The notes under the pieces are model-generated. The model saw nothing but the letters and a program-made list of their open reading frames with translations. It did no database searches and was not told where the DNA came from. Shown here in pieces: positions 25,750 to 32,923 of a DNA stretch of 47,145 nt. Source of the DNA: a virus; the IMG/VR virus record IMGVR_UViG_3300050187_000010, positions 1-47,145 of that record, one strand, 5' to 3'. Every line of letters begins with the position of its first letter. Position 1 is the stretch's first letter. Made by a program: the position numbers and the translations under genes.

Positions 25750-26697
25750 TTAAGCAGGATCAGCACTGGTAAAGCCAGCGGACGAAGCGTTACCGTACCA
25801 GTTGTCGCCAGCTCCACCTACTCTATAACCACCTGCTATACTGTAAGTACCTGACAAGTTATTCCAGCTAACTTGGTTAGTACCAGTTCCGCCATTAAGG
25901 TCAATGCCGCCACTGCTGCCAGCAGCAGTAAACGGTCCTATGTTATTGTATTCGATTACAGAATTCTGCAAGGCCATTGTAATTTGACTGGTATTAGGCC
26001 CAAATACGTTATGATGAATATGCCAGCCATTACCATTGATCCCACTCATCGCAGTAGTCATGTCGTTAAATTTGCAGTTAGCAACTTCAACATTGAAAGC
26101 GATTTCAGTAAACAAACCGGCTACACCACTACGAATGCCGATGCCTGTTCCAGCGAAACGACACCCCAAAAGTTGACAGTGTGAGCCGTCGCGCTCCGCA
26201 TCGCCTGCACCAGCATTACGCACAATCTCAACACAGGCTGCATTAACGTCGATCGCAGTAAACAGAATGTTGACAAATCGCCAACCTTGCTGCAGAACAC
26301 GAACCGTTGCTTGTGCAGCGGTGCCACCGCTAGGAGCGCCCCATTGTGAAGCTGCCCAATTACCACCTGCCGGCGTTGCATCAGCATGACGCGGGCGGTT
26401 GCCACAACCTACGACAGTGACGTCAAAAATCTGAACAGGAGTAACCAGCTGTTCTTCGATCTTGCCGACGAAATAAATAATATCGCCACTAGCAATTGAA
26501 TCAAAAGCCCGATCCATCGTAGCGAAAGCGGTTCCTGGGCTGCGACCATCACCGTCACCACCATAGGAAGAGTCAACAAACCATGCTCGGCCTTTGTTCT
26601 GAATGCCTCGGTTGTTGAAGAAGGTTTTGCTGACGTCGAAGCCCAAGCCAACAGGGGCACCGCCGAATTGCCGAACCATGTCTGCAAAAGTAGTCAT
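25750..26697 (-). CDS. Right-handed beta-helix (pectate-lyase-fold) virion protein
   Basis: WFVDSSYGGDGDGRSPGTAFATMDRAF (DUF1565-like N-cap) followed by repetitive G/N/V-rich rungs. It has its own promoter (copy E) and a GGAGA Shine-Dalgarno sequence. Confidence 0.6.
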   Translation of the reverse strand: MTTFADMVRQFGGAPVGLGFDVSKTFFNNRGIQNKGRAWFVDSSYGGDGDGRSPGTAFATMDRAFDSIASGDIIYFVGKIEEQLVTPVQIFDVTVVGCGNRPRHADATPAGGNWAASQWGAPSGGTAAQATVRVLQQGWRFVNILFTAIDVNAACVEIVRNAGAGDAERDGSHCQLLGCRFAGTGIGIRSGVAGLFTEIAFNVEVANCKFNDMTTAMSGINGNGWHIHHNVFGPNTSQITMALQNSVIEYNNIGPFTAAGSSGGIDLNGGTGTNQVSWNNLSGTYSIAGGYRVGGAGDNWYGNASSAGFTSADPA

Positions 26698-26790
26698 GAA
26701 ACGATCTCCAATGAACTACCTACTAGGGGAGACCCTCCGACAGCTCCTCGACCACGAGCCAATAGGTAGCAGTTGTGGATAGTCGAGATT

Positions 26791-26836
26791 CTCGCGCGGA
26801 TATTTAAATGGAATACCCGCGCGAGAAATCAATCAT
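26791..26836 (-). promoter_or_regulatory. Composite promoter copy E (minus strand), internal to the late arm
   Basis: The reverse complement reads ATGATTGATTTCTCGCGCGGGTATTCCATTTAAATATCCGCGCGAG. It lies between the capsid gene stop and the beta-helix gene. Confidence 0.5.
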
Positions 26837-26850
26837 ACCGCCCCTCTACC

Positions 26851-27771
26851 TCAGGGCCCGTTCGACCCATAAATACCTCGGGCATCAGTATTACCTACCG
26901 ACAGCCGCATGTAAGTCGAGGCTTTAGCATTCTTCGTATCGAAGTCGTTGTCCTGGTCAAAAATCGGCCTATCTCGCCAGAACATCTGCATGCCATTAGG
27001 GCAATTAGTTCTGACATACCAGGCTCGTGGAGCAGTAAAAAAGTGGCACATCTTAATGCCCTTAGGCAGAGCATTAGTCGCGCGCAGAACGTTGAGGTTG
27101 TTGTTAGCGGTGTCAGACTGCAGCACACTCTTTAAGATGCGATTAGCATTCCACCATTCATTCGGAGCAACATGCAGAGACTGCATCATGAACGAGACTT
27201 TCAGTCCACGGTCGTTCTGCGCCTGCATGATCTGAATACCCATGTCTTCGATGGAGGTTTCAGTCAAGTCAGCCGCAGGTGAAAGGGCATTGGACCAAGT
27301 CCCACCGGTTGTGTTTACATGAGCAGTAGAGATCAGAGTCTGACCATCAGCACTCAAGAAAACAGCACCGGTGAAGGCGTCGTTGTAGACCGCAGCTGCA
27401 ATGTTTTCGACAGTCTGATTAATCGAAAAGGCATTAGCCTGGACCCGGCTGCGAGAAACCTTTTCATAAAGGTTATCGCGCAGCTCTTCAAAGGTCACTT
27501 TGTAACCCAGGGCATAAGCGATATGCGTGTAGCGCTGAGTTGGACCCTGAACCTCGCTATCGTAGCTGATCGAAGCACCTTCAGCCTTTGCTGGGGCGAG
27601 GCCGAAGCCAGTGATCTGGGTGTCCTCCTCATAGGACATTCCAGAATCCATAATGTCGTAGAGGTCTGGGTGTTCCTGCGGATGTGCTGCGTAGACCTGG
27701 CCCCAAAAAGCATGTACACCGGGCCACAGGGCCTTGGGGTGCGAACCGGTATTGATGACGCCGCCTGGCAT
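26851..27771 (-). CDS. Major capsid protein (HK97-fold type, no delta domain)
   Basis: 306 aa with a strong AGGAG Shine-Dalgarno sequence, downstream of the scaffold-like gene. The sequence character is typical of capsid proteins. This is recognition only. Confidence 0.6.
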   Translation of the reverse strand: MPGGVINTGSHPKALWPGVHAFWGQVYAAHPQEHPDLYDIMDSGMSYEEDTQITGFGLAPAKAEGASISYDSEVQGPTQRYTHIAYALGYKVTFEELRDNLYEKVSRSRVQANAFSINQTVENIAAAVYNDAFTGAVFLSADGQTLISTAHVNTTGGTWSNALSPAADLTETSIEDMGIQIMQAQNDRGLKVSFMMQSLHVAPNEWWNANRILKSVLQSDTANNNLNVLRATNALPKGIKMCHFFTAPRAWYVRTNCPNGMQMFWRDRPIFDQDNDFDTKNAKASTYMRLSVGNTDARGIYGSNGP

Positions 27772-27828
27772 GGTTGCAAACTCCTGAAAAGAAAGGGATG
27801 GAAGACTGGTAGCGAAAGGTTAGAGCAC

Positions 27829-28452
27829 TTATGCCGGCGCTGTGATACCCGCGCGATAGCGGTGGTTGTTGATCAAGCAAAGCCATTTTGCATACTGACC
27901 AAAGGTATTGAGAGCACCGTTGTCGTAGCGGCGGACCAGCCCCAACAGCTTGAGGTTCAGGGTAGCAGTAGTGTTGACAGTATTGCTGTCAATCATTGTT
28001 CCACTCACTCGAACACCAGTTGCTGGTGCAGCATAGATAAAGTCAACATTGCTGGAGACATTAGCTGCTGCAATAGCACCACCAACACCGTCTTCCTGCG
28101 CTTCGAAGATCACTTGCGGATCGTCAACCACCAGCGCATAGTAAGCTTCCGCCTGTGCGCCAGAAGGACGCCAAGTGCGTTCCAGATTTGCAGGGTTGAT
28201 ATAAGGACCACCCTCAGCATTAGTACCGATAGCAACAACCACGCCAACAGCAGGATTACCAGCTGTTGCTAGGGTAACGCCCTGAATACCTCGCGTTGCA
28301 TCTGCGGTGTTGTTGAGGTCTACCAGATCGCCGATGTAAAAGGCGTTGGTATCCGCCGCCGCGATGTAATACATGTTTGCCTTACCATCCCAATCTGCAC
28401 CGCCAAGGTACTTGACTGGGGAAAGGCCGCTTGGACGATTTGTGTTCGCCAT
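27829..28452 (-). CDS. Abundant head protein (decoration / second capsid component?)
   Basis: It is preceded by a 146-nt leader and a GGAGA. The second ATG (28452) is the likely start (MANTNRPSG...). Confidence 0.45.
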   Translation of the reverse strand: MANTNRPSGLSPVKYLGGADWDGKANMYYIAAADTNAFYIGDLVDLNNTADATRGIQGVTLATAGNPAVGVVVAIGTNAEGGPYINPANLERTWRPSGAQAEAYYALVVDDPQVIFEAQEDGVGGAIAAANVSSNVDFIYAAPATGVRVSGTMIDSNTVNTTATLNLKLLGLVRRYDNGALNTFGQYAKWLCLINNHRYRAGITAPA

Positions 28453-28604
28453 TGCCATTCTCCAAAAGGTTAAAGAAAGAACCGGAAACAGTCAGTCAAC
28501 TACCTCAGCGATCAATCAATTTATTCAAGTTCATTTGCGCATCGTATAAAACATGAGCGGGGAACTTGCAAGTCTATTAAACAAGATATGCCCGGGAAGG
28601 GCTA

Positions 28605-29222
28605 TCAAGTTTGTTTTTTCAACCCACGGTTGAGCAGCCTGCCAGAACCTTGAGCAATAGCTGTGCTGACATAGGATTGTGAATGATCTCCGCCGCGTTC
28701 AGTGCCAATAACAACACCCTTGAAGATAGCACTGAGTACTGCAGCATTCGCATCGTCCAACAACTTACGGTCTTCCAGCCAAAATTCCTCGCGGATCTTC
28801 ATCAAGACCAAGCGCTCGGAAGTTCCACGTTCGCCAATTCGATCTCCGATAACGCTAACACGGGAGCCCAAATCGGTGTTGCCAGAACCTTCAGCATGGT
28901 TGGCCTCATTGGATTGATTTAGCTGAACTTCGCGCCCATCGACAAAGTCATAACCTGCGTCGATAGCAATAGGAATGTTAGATTCCTTAAACCAGTAAAG
29001 CACATAACCAGGAATTGGCCGGGCTTCTAATTTACGGCGAGGGACTGAAAGTGGAATTCGCTTTCGTTGTAGTGGCTCAGCAGCAACTCCACTAGTTGAA
29101 GCAGGGTTAAAAGCCGCGTTGCGTTCTTGGAGATGGGCCGCGGATTGTTCAGCTGTGTCAGGGGCGTTAGTAACGCCTTGAGCTTGTGCAGCAACAGGAT
29201 TTTTGGGGGTAGGAGTAGTCAT
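28605..29222 (-). CDS. Head-morphogenesis-associated protein
   Basis: 205 aa, lying between the scaffold and head proteins. No motif recognised. Confidence 0.4.
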   Translation of the reverse strand: MTTPTPKNPVAAQAQGVTNAPDTAEQSAAHLQERNAAFNPASTSGVAAEPLQRKRIPLSVPRRKLEARPIPGYVLYWFKESNIPIAIDAGYDFVDGREVQLNQSNEANHAEGSGNTDLGSRVSVIGDRIGERGTSERLVLMKIREEFWLEDRKLLDDANAAVLSAIFKGVVIGTERGGDHSQSYVSTAIAQGSGRLLNRGLKKQT

Positions 29223-29231
29223 CAGATCACC

Positions 29232-30263
29232 TCAAGAATTGAAATACACAGTCACGTAATGCTTGCGCCAAGCAGCAACATCTTTAAAAGCCCGCCCCTC
29301 GCCGACAACCCAATTAGCCTGGCGGTCACAAGCGGCTTTAGCATCAGCTGGTAAGTCAGCATAAGCTTTGCCAGAAGCCGCGTCGCGGGAGTCAGAGCCG
29401 CTGCCACTGCCATTACTGGTTCCACCGCCGACCCCGCCCTCGACCTTTGAACTACCTCGCTGCTGTGGAGAGAAGATTTTGTTGACCTCACTAACTATCC
29501 TGTTAAAAAACGCTGCGCCGACAAGCTGTTGGGTAGCTGGATCTTGTTTGAGTTCCCGACCGATAGCTACGGCCAGTGCGCTGCGACGATGATCAGTTCC
29601 AAACCAGGGGTTGTCACGAACAAACGCCTGGTAGGCAGGATCAGTAGTAGGGTCGGGGGCAGCAGACTGAGATTCGGTTGCTTGTGCAGCTGAAGCTGTA
29701 GTTTTACGCTTAGCCGCAGGTTTCTCTACAGCTGTCTCGGCCGAGTTAATCTCCGCCGTGACGTCGGCGATCTGCTCGCCCAAGTCTATTTCCAGCTCTG
29801 CATTACCATCAGTACGTGCCTGAGCCTGCTGCCGTAGCAGTTCTCGCCGCTTTTCTCTAGCAGTTTCACGACTCTGCTCAGTGCTGAGGTTGGTTAGCAC
29901 CTGGATAGATTCATTTGCAGCTTGTAGCAGAGTGCTCTGCCTCTGGAAATCCGCCCGCATACGGGTTAGCTCAGCTTCGGTTCGCTGCAAGTTCGAGCGC
30001 AGAATAGGGAGAATCTGCTCCCCTCGCTGAACATATTCACCGGCGTCAAGCCAGTTTTGCGGGTCACCGCGCCACTGGTCTTTAGGCGCCCAGCCCATGG
30101 AGCGAGCGCGTTCCTGGAGAGCAGCTTGATCAGCAGAGCTAGCATCTTGATTCTGGTTCTGTTCTCCGCCGGCTTCACCAGCTCCACCACCAGCATTAGC
30201 CCCATCAGCCGCTGCTTGTTCCAGCACGCTCTTCGTCAATTTCTGCAATATAGTATTCATCAC
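29232..30263 (-). CDS. Scaffolding protein
   Basis: Low-complexity Gly/Ala/Gln-rich ends and a long coiled-coil centre. Positioned between the portal and the capsid gene. Confidence 0.55.
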   Translation of the reverse strand: MMNTILQKLTKSVLEQAAADGANAGGGAGEAGGEQNQNQDASSADQAALQERARSMGWAPKDQWRGDPQNWLDAGEYVQRGEQILPILRSNLQRTEAELTRMRADFQRQSTLLQAANESIQVLTNLSTEQSRETAREKRRELLRQQAQARTDGNAELEIDLGEQIADVTAEINSAETAVEKPAAKRKTTASAAQATESQSAAPDPTTDPAYQAFVRDNPWFGTDHRRSALAVAIGRELKQDPATQQLVGAAFFNRIVSEVNKIFSPQQRGSSKVEGGVGGGTSNGSGSGSDSRDAASGKAYADLPADAKAACDRQANWVVGEGRAFKDVAAWRKHYVTVYFNS

Positions 30264-30265
30264 TG

Positions 30266-30628
30266 TTACTCCGCAGCTTCAGGATCTACCTCAGCAAAGA
30301 CGTCGCGATCGTTTACAATACGATAGACTAGACTGTCTTTGCCAGTCACCATACGTCCAGCGAGATAAGGGACTAGAACTAGATCACCTATCTGCGCACG
30401 AGGGCGCTTTTCATCTGACCAGCAAGCGTCACCACAGGCAATTACCTGTAATTTATCACGCTGCATTTTAGCTCGCTCTCGAACCGTGTCAGGGATAATA
30501 ATCTTGCTATCTCCTTTTGGCGGTTCGTAAGGCAAGCACAAAACAGCATGACCTTTTGGTCGAATACCGCTAAGGTTTTGGACTGTGCTTTTGGCTTCAA
30601 CTTCGTCAAATCTGTTGCTCATCTTCAA
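30266..30628 (-). CDS. GroES/Cpn10-like co-chaperonin
   Basis: IRPKGHAVLC...IIIPDTV...LQVIACG...IGDLVLV...IVNDRDVFAEV follows the GroES pattern (IRPLhDRVlv...GIvlp...g.VvavG...vGD.Vlf...e.dIlavi). Confidence 0.5.
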   Translation of the reverse strand: MKMSNRFDEVEAKSTVQNLSGIRPKGHAVLCLPYEPPKGDSKIIIPDTVRERAKMQRDKLQVIACGDACWSDEKRPRAQIGDLVLVPYLAGRMVTGKDSLVYRIVNDRDVFAEVDPEAAE

Positions 30629-30875
30629 GTGCCTCGTTTAATTCCTCTGGGGTCAGATCAATCAACTGGTCCAGTACCCGAATTTGCGCAATGGCTGCAG
30701 CATTAGCTTCAGCAGTACGTTGCACAGTATCGCCCTGAAACATCCCACTAGACCACTGCAGCCTCAGCATTTCCTTCCAGCGCCTCAGCAGCTGGTATAC
30801 CTCCTTCGTCACCGGGTCCACCTTCCAAGCCTGGAATTCCTCCGGCGGCACCGGGAAGTGTAGTTTGATCGACAT
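30606..30875 (-). CDS. Hypothetical head-module protein overlapping the portal 3' end
   Basis: 89-aa ORF with a globular-looking sequence. It overlaps the portal ORF by 128 nt in another frame. Confidence 0.45.
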   Translation of the reverse strand: MSIKLHFPVPPEEFQAWKVDPVTKEVYQLLRRWKEMLRLQWSSGMFQGDTVQRTAEANAAAIAQIRVLDQLIDLTPEELNEALEDEQQI

Positions 30876-32919
30876 CTAAATTACCTCCAATTTCAGTTCC
30901 ACTACCACCACTTTGAACCTGCCCTAAGGCAGCTATACGATCGTTAATTGCCTGGTTGTGTGCTTGTAGTGCGCTAAGAGCCGTCTGCAGATAGGTTAGT
31001 TGAGTAGCTGCTTCAGCCTCGTCAATTCCTGCGACTGTGGCCGCAGCTTTAGCCTGCAGATCAACGATCTTAGCCGTGTTGAGCCGCTTTTGCTCCATGA
31101 GTTCAGCCATCCAACGCAAGCGCTCTTCTTCAAGTTGAAGTCTTTTAACCTGCAATTGCATTTCAGCAACAGCAATCTTGGGGTTCGGCGGCGCCGGGAC
31201 TTTGCCAGAGCCTGGAAAATAACGATCAATTGCTTCGACTCGCATAGCTTTAAGAAACTGGCGTTCGACGTAGTCGATGTCATAGCCAGGAACCTGCTGC
31301 GAAGCCTGACGAATAGACTGTGCCTGGAAAAACTTCATCGAGAACGAAGTAATGTTTGGGTCGGCTGTTGGGACTACTTGATCAGCTGAAGATAAATAGT
31401 CCTCGCGGCGAGCACCTTGCCCCTCGCCGAATTGAAAAGTTGCAGGTAGATAAATAGCATTGAGACGAAAGAGCTTTTTAAACTCCGATTTCATCGCACG
31501 CCAGAGTCGTTTGAAAATGGTACTGAAAACCTGCATGCCTTGCTCCAAGGCGTTGCGCGAGGTCTCCGCCGGGGTGTTTTGGCCTGGAGTTTTGCCGATC
31601 ATAATCTCGGTAGTAGCTGCTACACGATTGGTGTAGTCGATCAGCAAGCTCAACAAGTTGAACAAAACTGTAGAAGGCTGGCGGTCAGGAAATGGCACGA
31701 CGTTTTTACGAAGGTCATCACCTGTTGAATCAACTCTAACCCATTCCCAGGGGGCCATTGAATACTGGCCGCCACGGATCTTTGCTCCTCGACCCAGAAA
31801 ACCCCCTATAGAATTCTGCATTGTGCCACTGTCAAGCAGCTGGTTAATCGAAGTATTAACAGATTCGTTCAGGGGGCCTAACAAAACACCGAAGCCGATA
31901 TCATAGATGCCGCCGTCAGGCGAAGGAATAAAACCATACTTGGTAAAATATTCTGTCGCGTTGATACAGATTACTTCACCTGCAGCATTACGCTCGATTT
32001 GTGTTTCGTTATCCCAGCGAGCAACAATACGAACAACGTCGCGAGAGGTTTCTTCGATGGTGACGATATAAGGTTCGGCGTAGCCGTCGCCATCAAGATC
32101 AAGCGTCCGGTGTTGTTCAAGAAACCTAAAAGGGGTGTCCTGGTCGGGCGGCGGTGGCCGAATTCCTTGACGATTATCGCGCTCTGCCTGAGACGAAACA
32201 GCAGAAGCTGGAGATGCTGCCGGAGGAACAGAAGCTTTATACCAATCGCTCTCTAAGACATCTCGAAAGACCCCTCGACGAATTCTTTCGTAGATATCGT
32301 TGCGGAATAGGGAAATTCTATGCGTCTTGCGCTGGCAGCTTTCTACTGACTTCGCATAGTAGTCCATGGTCAAATCGCGAGCTTGGACTAATTCACTGAC
32401 ATTATGCCCTAGCTTGCCGTCGTAATAGGACTTTACAAAGGCAGTCCCAACAATGGCGTCGCTGATGAACAAGCGATCATGCTGCTCTTCCCAGGGTTCG
32501 TCTTCTTCAAGCACCTGCCATGACATATGGGTGCTGATACGGTCAGCACGGGCAGTCAATGCGCCAGTAGAATCATTGCTAGGCACACGGCAGCGAACGA
32601 TATCTGTACCGCTGATGATATTTGAATAGGCACGAGAGCTGAACTGCAAAGCAGCAATGGTGATCAAAGGAAAAATCACATTTGAACAGCCCTGCCAGGG
32701 CCAGTTCTTGTCACGAAAAATCTGCAGAGCAAAGTTCATTCCGGCTTCGTTTCGGCGCAGCCAATCTGCACGAGAAGACTCGTCTGCCTGATAGCCTTCG
32801 TAAACTAATTCACCGATAGCAGTTAAGTCTTCGGCAGTAAGGCGCCCTGCTAAATTAGGCGCCTTCATTGTTTCGGCGTCTAAGCGAATACGACGAGACA
32901 GTTCTAAGCGAACAGCCAT
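30748..32919 (-). CDS. Portal protein
   Basis: 723 aa, starting 4 nt after the TerL stop. It has a Gly/acidic C-terminal tail. The call is by size and position. Confidence 0.65.
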   Translation of the reverse strand: MAVRLELSRRIRLDAETMKAPNLAGRLTAEDLTAIGELVYEGYQADESSRADWLRRNEAGMNFALQIFRDKNWPWQGCSNVIFPLITIAALQFSSRAYSNIISGTDIVRCRVPSNDSTGALTARADRISTHMSWQVLEEDEPWEEQHDRLFISDAIVGTAFVKSYYDGKLGHNVSELVQARDLTMDYYAKSVESCQRKTHRISLFRNDIYERIRRGVFRDVLESDWYKASVPPAASPASAVSSQAERDNRQGIRPPPPDQDTPFRFLEQHRTLDLDGDGYAEPYIVTIEETSRDVVRIVARWDNETQIERNAAGEVICINATEYFTKYGFIPSPDGGIYDIGFGVLLGPLNESVNTSINQLLDSGTMQNSIGGFLGRGAKIRGGQYSMAPWEWVRVDSTGDDLRKNVVPFPDRQPSTVLFNLLSLLIDYTNRVAATTEIMIGKTPGQNTPAETSRNALEQGMQVFSTIFKRLWRAMKSEFKKLFRLNAIYLPATFQFGEGQGARREDYLSSADQVVPTADPNITSFSMKFFQAQSIRQASQQVPGYDIDYVERQFLKAMRVEAIDRYFPGSGKVPAPPNPKIAVAEMQLQVKRLQLEEERLRWMAELMEQKRLNTAKIVDLQAKAAATVAGIDEAEAATQLTYLQTALSALQAHNQAINDRIAALGQVQSGGSGTEIGGNLDVDQTTLPGAAGGIPGLEGGPGDEGGIPAAEALEGNAEAAVV

Positions 32920-32923
32920 TGTA

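Noticed and set aside
27319-28272. 317-aa + strand ORF
   Set aside because: It is antisense to the capsid and head-protein genes, which have strong Shine-Dalgarno sequences. It is a typical shadow ORF.
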